DNA of 39,089 bases, taken from contig JAYZIW010000029.1 of the NCBI GenBank assembly GCA_036165075.1, positions 1 through 39,089 on the forward strand, read 5' to 3'. Shown here one piece after another: positions 9,764 through 19,200 of this stretch; position 1 is the first letter of the stretch, and each line of letters starts with the position of its first letter. The stretch comes from Fidelibacterota bacterium. GTDB taxonomy: Bacteria; Fidelibacterota; Marinisomatia; Marinisomatales; Marinisomataceae. The notes under the pieces are model-generated. The model was not told the DNA's origin. It searched no databases and saw only the letters and a list, made by a program, of their open reading frames with translations. The position numbers and the translations under genes are program-made.

Positions 9764-9853
9764 TGTCTTTCTTCCTTTGTTTATGTACATATTAATAAAA
9801 ATTTGGTATGCACCTCCTCTATAAATAGAAGTGCTTCTACCCTTAGTTGATGT

Positions 9854-9883
9854 AACTTAGTTGTAAGAGGAGATTAATGTCAA
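9854..9883 (-). promoter_or_regulatory. Candidate sigma70-type promoter for the TonB receptor gene
   Basis: Minus strand reads TTGACA (9883-9878), an 18-nt spacer, then TAAGTT (9859-9854). Pattern match only. Confidence 0.3.
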
Positions 9884-9904
9884 TATTTTAAAGAGGAGCG
9901 TATA

Positions 9905-10633
9905 TTATCTTCTGCTACGCAATTTCATTAGCAAGTTTAAAATTTCAACATAGAGCCAAATTAAGGTAATCATTAGCCCAAATGCACCATACCATTCCAT
10001 ATATTTAGGAGCACCATTTTCTGCGCCTTGTTCTATAAAATCAAAATCTAATACCAAATTCATTGATGCAATTCCAATAACAAATAATGAAAATAAAATA
10101 CCAGTTGTGCCATTACCAAATAATGATCCCATAAATGACACACCAAAAAGCGACAGAATCATATTTAAGATATAAACAATGAGAATACCAAATGTTGCTG
10201 AGAATACACCTAATCTAAAATTATCTGTTACTGCAATTAATTTGCTTTTATATAAAAGGAGCAGAGCAGTTAGAATCCCAAAAGTTAAACAAATAGCTTG
10301 ATTAGCAATTCCAGGATACATCGACTCTACCATTGCAGATATTCCTCCAAGAACTACTCCTTCAGCCAAACAATAAAGTGGAACAGTATAGGGAGCAGCT
10401 TTTTTGTTAAAAATAGTAATCATTAATAATATGAATGTGAAAATAGTAATTGGCCAAAATAGCATTAAAGCTGTAGCTGGATTATTCCAGCTATAAATAG
10501 CTGATGTCATTAATAAGAGCAATCCTAGAGCAGTTTTATTTACTGTTCCATCAATAGTCATTGCTTGCGTCCCAGAAAAACGCCCAGTATTTCTAAAAGT
10601 ATTATTGTTTAATGCAGGATTAGCAGATCTCAT
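9905..10633 (-). CDS. Bax inhibitor-1/YccA-family integral membrane protein
   Basis: 242 aa. N-terminus MRSANPALNN..F resembles the conserved start of this family, followed by about 7 hydrophobic helices. GGAG SD 8 nt upstream. Confidence 0.7.
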   Translation of the reverse strand: MRSANPALNNNTFRNTGRFSGTQAMTIDGTVNKTALGLLLLMTSAIYSWNNPATALMLFWPITIFTFILLMITIFNKKAAPYTVPLYCLAEGVVLGGISAMVESMYPGIANQAICLTFGILTALLLLYKSKLIAVTDNFRLGVFSATFGILIVYILNMILSLFGVSFMGSLFGNGTTGILFSLFVIGIASMNLVLDFDFIEQGAENGAPKYMEWYGAFGLMITLIWLYVEILNLLMKLRSRR

Positions 10634-10643
10634 AGCATTGCTC

Positions 10644-12083
10644 CTATTTATTTTCGCTAATGAATGTAGCTATTTTATCGATTGATATTCGTGTTTGTTG
10701 CATTGAATCTCTTTCACGTATTGTTACTGAATTATCTTCTAATGTATCGTGATCTAATGTAATACCAAACGGCGTTCCAGCTTCATCTTGTCGATAGTAA
10801 CGCTTTCCAATAGAGCCTTGCTCATCATAAACACAAGGGAAAGCTTGGTTTAGCTCATTAAATAAAGACATAGCTTTTTCAGGTAAACCATCTTTTTTTA
10901 CCAATGGACATATTACTGCTTTAATAGGCGCCAATTCATATGGTAGGCGCAATACAATTCTATTATTGTCAGTGTCTTCAAAATAAGCTTCGCATAGTAT
11001 CATTAAAAATAGTCTATTTAATCCAGTCGATGTTTCAATAATATATGGATGATATTTTTCTTGAGACTTGGTATCAAAGTAAGTCATGTTCTTGCCGGAT
11101 AGATTTTCATGTTGTTTTAAGTCAAAGTCTGTTCTGTTATGAATCCCTTCAACTTCACCCCAGCCAAATGGAAAATTATATTCAATATCATACGCATCTT
11201 TTGCATAATGAGCTAGAGCATCTTTATTATGTTGATGAAATTTTAAATTTTCAGCATTAATGCCCAAGTGATTGGTATAGAAATCCAATCTTTTTTGTTT
11301 CCATAAATCCATGTTTTTTTCATCTTCTGATGGATGCACAAAATATTGCATTTCCATTTGTTCAAATTCTCTAGTTCTAAAAATAAAGTTTCGTGCTACA
11401 ATTTCATTGCGAAATGCTTTACCAATTTGTGCAATACCAAATGGAACTTTTAAGCGCATTGTGTTTTGTACTAATAAATAATTAATAAAAATCCCCTGTG
11501 CAGTTTCAGGGCGTAGATAAATATTTTTCCCCGTTTTTTCTGAAGGGCCTGAGTCTGTTTTAAACATCAGGTTGAATTGTACAGCAGGAGTCCATTTTCC
11601 GACTGAACCAGAATGGGGATCTATAACACCAGTTTTTTCTAGCAATCCATCAGATTTTGATCCATTATTTAATATAGTTTGGGCAATGTCGTTATATATA
11701 TCATCGCCACCTGTATTTTCTATGTTTAATTCGCTGCAAATAGCATCAATAATTTTTGACTTTTGTTGTGATAATAAGTCATCTATACGGTATCTTTTTT
11801 TATTATCTTTGTTGTCGGTCATAGGATCATTGAAGTTTGCGATATGCCCACTCGCTTCCCATACATCAGGATGCATCATGATTGCACTATCAAGTCCTAC
11901 AATATTTTCATGCGCCTGCGTCATTTCTTTCCACCATAGTTCTGATATTGATTTTTTTAGTTCTATACCTAAAGGTCCATAATCATATGAAGCTTTTAGT
12001 CCGCCATATATTTCAGAATTAGGAAATACAAAACCTTTTCTTTTGCATAGTGAAATAATTTTATCTAAGTGTTGCTTATTCAT
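10644..12083 (-). CDS. glyQS: Glycine--tRNA ligase (dimeric GlyQS type)
   Basis: 479 aa. Class II motif region AQIGKAFRNEIVARNFIFRTREFEQMEMQYF, a GLNRL block and a C-terminal anticodon-binding domain (GKRYYRQDEAGTPFGITLD). Confidence 0.93.
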   Translation of the reverse strand: MNKQHLDKIISLCKRKGFVFPNSEIYGGLKASYDYGPLGIELKKSISELWWKEMTQAHENIVGLDSAIMMHPDVWEASGHIANFNDPMTDNKDNKKRYRIDDLLSQQKSKIIDAICSELNIENTGGDDIYNDIAQTILNNGSKSDGLLEKTGVIDPHSGSVGKWTPAVQFNLMFKTDSGPSEKTGKNIYLRPETAQGIFINYLLVQNTMRLKVPFGIAQIGKAFRNEIVARNFIFRTREFEQMEMQYFVHPSEDEKNMDLWKQKRLDFYTNHLGINAENLKFHQHNKDALAHYAKDAYDIEYNFPFGWGEVEGIHNRTDFDLKQHENLSGKNMTYFDTKSQEKYHPYIIETSTGLNRLFLMILCEAYFEDTDNNRIVLRLPYELAPIKAVICPLVKKDGLPEKAMSLFNELNQAFPCVYDEQGSIGKRYYRQDEAGTPFGITLDHDTLEDNSVTIRERDSMQQTRISIDKIATFISENK

Positions 12084-12105
12084 TTAAATAATTTAAGTAT
12101 AGTAG

Positions 12106-12459
12106 TTAAGAAAATAAATACCTGTACAATATTATTAATCCAAGGAATCCAAATAATATAGGTCCAATGAAAACAAGAGTATCAAATCCTGTTTTAGGTG
12201 GGTCTGCTAGTATATATATTCCATATTTTTCTACATAATAATCTTTAATTTCTTGATCTGTCATTCCCTTAATCACCATTTTTTTAATTTCTGCACGCAT
12301 TTCTACTGCAATATTTGCTTGAGATTGTTCTAAGGTGAGACCATCACATACTGGACACATTAATTGGCGATTTAATGAATATAAACGATTTTCTAACGAA
12401 GATTGAAAACTAAAGAGTAAAGTAATAGCGCTAAAGGTTAAAACAATTTGTCTTATCAT
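12106..12459 (-). CDS. ccmH: Cytochrome c-type biogenesis protein CcmH/NrfF family
   Basis: 117 aa: signal peptide, then LMCPVCDGLTLEQSQANIAVEMRAEIKKMVIKGMTDQEIKDYYVEKYGIYILADPP and a C-terminal TM. This is colinear with E. coli CcmH LRCPKCQNNSIADSN..A.DLR......G.S..EI.DY.V.RYG.FV.YDPP. ATGA overlap with the topA stop. Confidence 0.85.
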   Translation of the reverse strand: MIRQIVLTFSAITLLFSFQSSLENRLYSLNRQLMCPVCDGLTLEQSQANIAVEMRAEIKKMVIKGMTDQEIKDYYVEKYGIYILADPPKTGFDTLVFIGPILFGFLGLIILYRYLFS

Positions 12460-14891
12460 TTTTTTTCTGCTATTAATTTAATTGCCTCTTCTAATGTGAC
12501 ATCTTCAATTGCATATCCTTTAAGAGATACATTTTTCTTTCCATCTGTTACATAAGGCCCAAATCTACCTCTTTTGATTGCAATTTCTTTTTTTGTTTTT
12601 GGATCAGATCCTAAAATTGTTGGTTCAAATTTTAATTTTCTATCCTTAATTAGCTTAGTGGCTTCTTCTAAAGTAATTGTTAGTGGGCTATCAGTAGATT
12701 TCATAGATGCATTAACCTTACCACACTTAACATAAGGTCCATAAGGACCAAATGTTGCTAGTATATCTTCTCCAGTTTCAGGATGAGTACCCAATTTTTT
12801 AGGAAGGCTTAAAAGGTCAGATGCCATTTTTTCATCTATATCTTCGGATGGTGTTCCTTTTGGAATAGAAGCTCTTTTCTTGCTATCTTGTAGTTCTACA
12901 TAAGGCCCATATCTTCCCACTTTTAAAATGATATTTTCTTTATTATTGAATTTCCCAATAATATTATCTTCTTTTTGCATTTTACCGAGTTTGTCAATCT
13001 CAGTTTCATTTAAGTCTCCTAAAAATAAATCTTGTGGTATTGTGATATTTCCACTTTCTTTTTCTATATATGGACCAAATTTCCCAATACGTATATCAGT
13101 TGTATCTGATATCTTTACTGTACATGCCTTTGCAATATCGATTTTTTCTTTTAGTAGTTTCGCTACACCCGCATAATCTTCTCTGCCATTATAAAATTCA
13201 TTTAATACGCCAGCATAGCTATTTTCAGATCGAGAGATATCGTCTAATTTTCTTTCCATGCCCGCTGTAAATTCTTCATTAAATAAGGGCAAGTAATGAT
13301 TCTCTAATAATTGGCTAACAGCAATACCAACAAATGTTGGAATAAGAGTTTTGTTTTTCTTAATCACATATTCTTTTTTTACCAGTTTATCTAATATAGA
13401 TGAATAAGTTGATGGACGTCCAATACCTCTAGCTTCCATTTCTTTAACAAGCATTGCTTCCGAAAATCTTCTTGGTGGTGCAGTATGTTTTTCCAAGCTC
13501 TCTATATTAGTATGTGTAATATTAGAATTTTCTTCTATAGGAGGTAATGTAACAGTATTAACACTTTGATTTCTGGATAATGCTTGTTCATATGCCACAG
13601 TATACCCTTTAAATGTTGTAATATTCCCGCTAGCACGATAGATAGCTTTTCCATTTATTATTTCAACGTTAGTTCTTATATATTGTGCTGGTTTCATTTG
13701 AGATGCTAATGTTCTATTCATAATTAGTTCATATAATCTTGCTTCATCTTTGCCAAGCACATCTAATATCTGTTCAGGGTTTTTAAATGTTCTTCCTGCA
13801 GGTCGAATTGCTTCGTGAGCTTCTTGAGCATTTGCAACTTTATTTTTATAAATATTAACAGAATCGGGCAAAAACTCTGCACCAAATTTATCTAAAATAA
13901 ATTTTTTGGAAGCAGACAAAGCTTCTTTAGATAGGTGCGTAGAGTCTGTTCGCATATAAGTAATAAATCCTTGTTCATATAATTTTTGTGCAAGGACCAT
14001 TGTTCTCTTTGGAGAATAACCAAATCTTCTAGAAGCATCTTGTTGCAATGTGCTTGTTGTAAAGGGTGGAGCAGCAGAACTAGAAGTAGGCTTAGATTCA
14101 ATTTTGTTAATTTTCCAATCATTTTTTTCTGAATCAGTTTTTATATCATCAGCTTTTTCCTTATCAATTAATAGCAGTTGATTATTTTTTAATCCACTAT
14201 CAAATTTCCCAAAATCACTGCTTTTTGCAATTTTTTGGTTATCATATGTTTCAAGAGTTGCTTTAAATGTTCCATCATGATCATCTGATTTAAGATCAGC
14301 TTCAATAGAATAGAATGTATTTTTTATAAATTTATTACGATCTTTTTCTCGATCTACTAATAACCTTAATGCTACAGATTGAACTCTTCCTGCAGATAAC
14401 CCAGTATTTTTTATTGATCGTAGTGTTTTCCAAAGAACAGGAGAAAATGTAAACCCTACAATACGATCAATTGCTCTTCTTGCTCTTTGAGCATCTACTA
14501 AGTCGTAATTAATGCTTCTACTATTGTTGATTGCATGCTGTACTGCTGTTTTAGTAATCTCAGTAAACTCTACTCTTTCAATTTCTTTTTCTATTTCTTC
14601 TGCTATATCCGCTGCAATAGCTTCTCCTTCTCGGTCTGGGTCTGTTGCAATCAGAATCCTATCTGCTTTTTTTACTTCAGCTTTTAGTTGAGTAATAAAT
14701 TTTTTTCTATCAGGCATTGTTTTAATTTTCATCGCAAAATCATTTTCGATATCAATACCCATTTCTTTTTTTGGTAAGTCTTTAAAGTGGCCAACACTGG
14801 CGATTACAGATGCATTATCAATGTATTTTGAAATTGTCTTAGTCTTAGATGGCGACTCAACAATGATTAATAGTTTTTCTTGATTGGACAT
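12456..14891 (-). CDS. topA: DNA topoisomerase I
   Basis: The ORF track starts at a TTG (14900). The ATG at 14891 gives MSNQEKLLIIVESPSKTKTISKY (Toprim start as in E. coli TopA). Active-site Tyr block GFITYMRTDS. The C-terminus carries four Cys-free G(K/R)(F/Y)GPY(I/V) repeats. Confidence 0.95.
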   Translation of the reverse strand: MSNQEKLLIIVESPSKTKTISKYIDNASVIASVGHFKDLPKKEMGIDIENDFAMKIKTMPDRKKFITQLKAEVKKADRILIATDPDREGEAIAADIAEEIEKEIERVEFTEITKTAVQHAINNSRSINYDLVDAQRARRAIDRIVGFTFSPVLWKTLRSIKNTGLSAGRVQSVALRLLVDREKDRNKFIKNTFYSIEADLKSDDHDGTFKATLETYDNQKIAKSSDFGKFDSGLKNNQLLLIDKEKADDIKTDSEKNDWKINKIESKPTSSSAAPPFTTSTLQQDASRRFGYSPKRTMVLAQKLYEQGFITYMRTDSTHLSKEALSASKKFILDKFGAEFLPDSVNIYKNKVANAQEAHEAIRPAGRTFKNPEQILDVLGKDEARLYELIMNRTLASQMKPAQYIRTNVEIINGKAIYRASGNITTFKGYTVAYEQALSRNQSVNTVTLPPIEENSNITHTNIESLEKHTAPPRRFSEAMLVKEMEARGIGRPSTYSSILDKLVKKEYVIKKNKTLIPTFVGIAVSQLLENHYLPLFNEEFTAGMERKLDDISRSENSYAGVLNEFYNGREDYAGVAKLLKEKIDIAKACTVKISDTTDIRIGKFGPYIEKESGNITIPQDLFLGDLNETEIDKLGKMQKEDNIIGKFNNKENIILKVGRYGPYVELQDSKKRASIPKGTPSEDIDEKMASDLLSLPKKLGTHPETGEDILATFGPYGPYVKCGKVNASMKSTDSPLTITLEEATKLIKDRKLKFEPTILGSDPKTKKEIAIKRGRFGPYVTDGKKNVSLKGYAIEDVTLEEAIKLIAEKK

Positions 14892-14955
14892 AGGTGTCAA
14901 CTTACGTTTATTAAATTATAATTGTCAAAAATTTATATATAAATATATATATAAA

Positions 14956-16188
14956 TTATTGGGATTTTAAAAAATTCAATAATTCTTCAAAATTAGAAAA
15001 AATCAACTCTTCATTTGATTTAATATTCTTGATAGACATCTTATTATCAATAATGATTATAAATGATGCATTTTTCTTTCCAGCATCTTTGATTTGATTT
15101 TTTATATTCTTTTTATTTGTGTCAAAAAAGACTTTATAGTCATTTTCTATCAAATTATTTATCATAGAAAAACACTTTGTACTATTTTCTGAATCATTGG
15201 AGCTTAAATAGATATCAATATTTTTATTTTCAGCTTGATGTTTTGATTCCATAATCATGCGTTCCATGCCAGCTGCAAATCCAATTGCTGGGGTTGATGG
15301 CCCACCCATTTGCTCTACTAAGAAGTCATATCTTCCTCCTCCACATAGCGCATTTTGTGATTGGTCGCTTTGTGTTGTTATTTCAAATGTAGTGCCATTG
15401 TAGTAATCTAACCCACGCACTAAATGTGGGCTTTCTTCATATTTCACATTTAATGTATCTAGATTAGATAGAAGAATACCAAAACTTTCTCTTTCTTCAT
15501 CTGTCAATAATTCTTTAATAATCGGCGCATTATTAATAATAGATTGATCCTTTTCTTCTTTGCTGTCAAGTATACGAAGTGGATTACTATCAAGCCTTTT
15601 TTGAGACAGATTAGATAATGCACCTAGATTTTGTGAAAAATATTTTTTTAATATTTCTTCATATTTTTTTCGCGTATCTGGTGAACCAATATTATTAATA
15701 TATAAAATAGTTTCACTAATACTTAATGCACTTAAAGCTCTGTTAGCGAGAAGAATAACTTCTATATCTTGTTCTATATTAGAAGAGCCAAATGCTTCTA
15801 TTCCAAATTGGTGAAATTGACGCTGTCTACCTTTTTGTGGTTTTTCTCGTCTAAAAAGAGAATCAATATAGTATAAGCGACATAAGGGATTACTTCTAAA
15901 AAATCCACCTTCAATATAAGCACGCACTACAGGTGCAGTCATCTCAGGTTTCAATGCTATATGTTGATTAGAAAGATCTTCCCACTCAAACATCTCTTTT
16001 GAAACATCTGTTTCATAGCCAACATTTTGTTTAAATAGATGAATTGATTCAAGCGCAGGCGTGCGTACTTCTTCATAGCTAAATTGTTGACTTATATTGT
16101 GAAGGATATCTTCAACCTCTCTCCATAACTGAGTATCAGGAGGAAGAATATCAAATGTACCTTTAATTTTTTGATATTTAGATTTCAC
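14956..16188 (-). CDS. hisS: Histidine--tRNA ligase
   Basis: 410 aa. The start codon is GTG (16188-16186). KGTFDILP, LKPEMTAPVVRAY, FRREKPQKGRQRQFHQFGIE, GGGRYD and GFAAGMER motifs. Confidence 0.93.
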   Translation of the reverse strand: MKSKYQKIKGTFDILPPDTQLWREVEDILHNISQQFSYEEVRTPALESIHLFKQNVGYETDVSKEMFEWEDLSNQHIALKPEMTAPVVRAYIEGGFFRSNPLCRLYYIDSLFRREKPQKGRQRQFHQFGIEAFGSSNIEQDIEVILLANRALSALSISETILYINNIGSPDTRKKYEEILKKYFSQNLGALSNLSQKRLDSNPLRILDSKEEKDQSIINNAPIIKELLTDEERESFGILLSNLDTLNVKYEESPHLVRGLDYYNGTTFEITTQSDQSQNALCGGGRYDFLVEQMGGPSTPAIGFAAGMERMIMESKHQAENKNIDIYLSSNDSENSTKCFSMINNLIENDYKVFFDTNKKNIKNQIKDAGKKNASFIIIIDNKMSIKNIKSNEELIFSNFEELLNFLKSQ

Positions 16189-16223
16189 AAAACAACATTA
16201 ATAATTTTTTTAAGCAATAACAC

Positions 16224-19200
16224 CTAAAAACTTGACCTAGTGTTATATAGCCCTGTTTTCTGTTCTACTTTCAAGTCTTTTAGTATATCAGACTTTAAAT
16301 TTAATCTAAAGTAGAGACCTTTTGCATACCCTGTAGGGGTCCAATCTACAAATAGTTCCCAACAGTCTATTTCTCGATATAAGGTAATATTATGTCTAAC
16401 AATATTTTTATCGCTAATGCTAAAACGTGCATTATAATTTAATTTCCAATTTTGAGTGACATTCATGCTAGTATTCGTATTGACCCAAAAGTTTTCAATA
16501 GTATTAGAAGGATTAATCTTATTTACTGTATAGCTAATCCCTATTTTACTTTGCCAACTATTACCTGATAAGTCCGTTAAAAATTCTTTTGTTCTGTCTG
16601 AAAATTCTTTTTCAGATTCTGGTTGTGATTCGTTTGTTTTTCCTAGCAATGTAAAATTAGTTGCTAATCTGATACCAGTTAATCTAGGAAAGCTATCTAG
16701 CTCATTGATTCTCATCTGCGCTGAATCATCAAACTTATATAAATCATGTGTCAAATTAGCATCTATGGAAACACCATTTTTTAAATTACTTCTAATAGAT
16801 GAACTAATATTAGATAATTTAAATTGTTCTGCATTAAAATTATAACCACTGGAGATTCCCCATGAAAGTATGTTTATTTTTTCTTCTTTATCTCCATCTT
16901 TAATTTTTGCCTGAAAAACATTACCCAAGGATAAACTTAATTTCTTAGTGCTTGTACTAGGTGTAGATCCAATAATAGAACTATTAAAATAATCATAGTA
17001 TTCATCATTGAATGATTGAAAATAATTATCATTATTTAAATAATCTGGTGAAAAGTTAAATCGCATGCTCGGAGTTATCACATGTCTTATAGATTGAATT
17101 TTATTAAATCGTATTGGCAAGACCCCATAAATCTTGGTAGATAATGACAATCCTACATTACCTGTTGTTCTATTTTTTATTTCATCTTCGTATCTAAAGC
17201 TTACAGCATTTGTTTCATCGTATTCTGCTACCCTATATCGATTGACAAAATCTGAATTCAGTTTAATGCTTGGATTAATAGCTAGATATTTAAAAGCAGT
17301 AAAAGGAGCGTTAATAGAAAAAGCATTTTTAAGCATTGCATCCAGCTTGTTTGAACTCTCAGGATCTCCATTATCATTTTGTTTCCATTCATAAGAAATA
17401 TTTCCATCTTCATCTGCGATTTCATTTGCCTCATAAAAGTTTTTAGAATTATTTACTATACGTGAACTGTAATCCCATTGAATATTCCCTGCCCATGAGT
17501 CTTGAGAAAGATTTTTAAATAGTTTTCTTCTAGCTACTCTAAAGTTTATAGAAGGTAAGGTGCTATTATCTTCTGTAATGGTAGAAGAAAGACTGGATGG
17601 AGCTTGATAAAAAGATGATGTAACATCTACTTTACTTTTAGACATTAGATCTTGCTTATTGGATGCATTGATGCTAATTGAGACATTAGGTTCTTTCCAT
17701 CTTTTAGTATATGTAATATTTGAGATAGCCTGCTGATTAAGTCTTTTAATGGGATCAATACTTGTTTCCCTATTGTATTCTCCATTACTGTAATAACTAG
17801 CTGAACCTCTAAATGTTTGATTGTTCCTCAAGATCTGATTATGATTCCAATTAAAAGAATAATCAGTTTTATTATTTTCACCAATTTGAGCAATATCAGT
17901 TTCACCTTCTCCTAAATGTTTTCTAATCTCAAAATTAAACATACCATTAAATCGGTAACGATCGCGATACTGGTTTTTTGATTTTAAGATTAAGCCTTGT
18001 CTATCCGCAAAGATAATAGAGTTTTCAGAACCTATATAATCATTGGGAGCAAAATAGTATCCTAACCCATCTAGATAGTTTCCACGATTATCTGATGAAC
18101 CAAAGGAGGGCATAATCCAACCTGATCTTCTTTCGCTTGATGAGTGAGGGAAGATAGCAATTGGGATACCTATAATTGGTACGCCGCCAATAAAAATACT
18201 TAAAGGTTTGGCAATAACTTTATCGCCATAAATAATTTTAACCTGTTTACTGCCAAGATAAAATTTAGATGGATCACAGGAAGTAAATATGCAATCATCA
18301 ATATAAAAAGTACTATCAGTAACACTAGTAATTTGACTACCCATATATACATTTTCTTGTACGCGACTTTCGCCCATTAATATTTTTCCTTTTCTGGATT
18401 TAATATTATAAACCATAGTATCGCCAGTCATTGGTTCACGATTATTTTCTACTAGGATAGGTCTATTTATTTCTTCATCATCAAATGGATTATCACTAAA
18501 AGCTTCTAGAATGTTTGTTCCCCAATCAACATTAATATGTGCAGCAGAAAGATCCATGTTATCATGAAGAATCTTCACACCGCCATACATTTCAGAAATT
18601 TTTGTATCCACCTCAAATTCTACTCTATCTGCAGTGTAATCGATATCTTCTTGAACATTCTCATTAGATTCATTGGGAGTGTATCTACCAATAGTACCGC
18701 CTTCAGCTATTAATTTTTGAGCAGATTCATTTTTAAGACTCAAGATAATTTTATCTCCAGATACTTCATTAATACCATCATAAAGTGAATCATTATATAG
18801 ATGGATTAAGGTAGAAGCCATTCCTAGCATTTCTATATTTTCAATTTCATCATTAATGATGTTTGCAAAGATAGTTTCACCTTTTAAAATATCTTCATTT
18901 TTCACTAATTGACGTTTATCATCTATTTTTTCATAACCAGAGTTCTGTGAAAGAATCATTCCGTTTGAAATAACCTTTAATGACTCTAAAGATTCATCTT
19001 TAAAGCCCAGTAGTATCTTATCACCATACACTCTATTGTTCTGCTCATCATTAATCTCACAATTTTCTAATAAAGTCATTTGATTAGATATTTGATCTAG
19101 AGTGGCTTTCTTTGCGGTCATAAATCGAGAACCATTTTGTATTTTAATATTACCATACATTGAAAAAAATTCAGTTTCATTATTATATGAAAGCGAATCA

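Noticed and set aside
9345-9824. 159-aa and 80-aa plus-strand ORFs antisense to the TonB receptor gene.
   Set aside because: They lie fully inside a confidently identified receptor gene. Their products are low-complexity (S/T/P/A-rich or L/H/Q-rich), as expected from the complement of Gly/Ala/Ser/Thr codons. They have no ribosome-binding site and no family resemblance.
9764-9904. Cobalamin, TPP or another riboswitch upstream of the TonB receptor.
   Set aside because: The leader is only about 100-140 nt. It lacks the conserved cores I would expect (for example the B12 box). It is too short for a cobalamin element.
11572-11982. 136-aa antisense ORF within glyQS. Similar shadow ORFs occur at 1549-1812, 2776-2988, 7419-7646, 11045-11260, 12928-13270, 13892-14122, 17134-17394, 19858-20130, 20572-20838, 20989-21180, 23979-24248, 24652-24849, 25776-26069, 27114-27630, 28055-28255, 28622-28900, 33546-33746, 37134-37328, 37841-38080 and 38505-38690.
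   Set aside because: All are nested in, or out of frame with, longer genes that carry strong family signatures. None has a recognisable domain.
14892-14955. Alternating AT tract (TATATATAAATATATATATAAAT) upstream of topA as a tandem repeat or replication-origin unwinding element.
   Set aside because: It is short, no DnaA boxes or dnaA/dnaN genes are nearby, and it is most simply an AT-rich promoter region.
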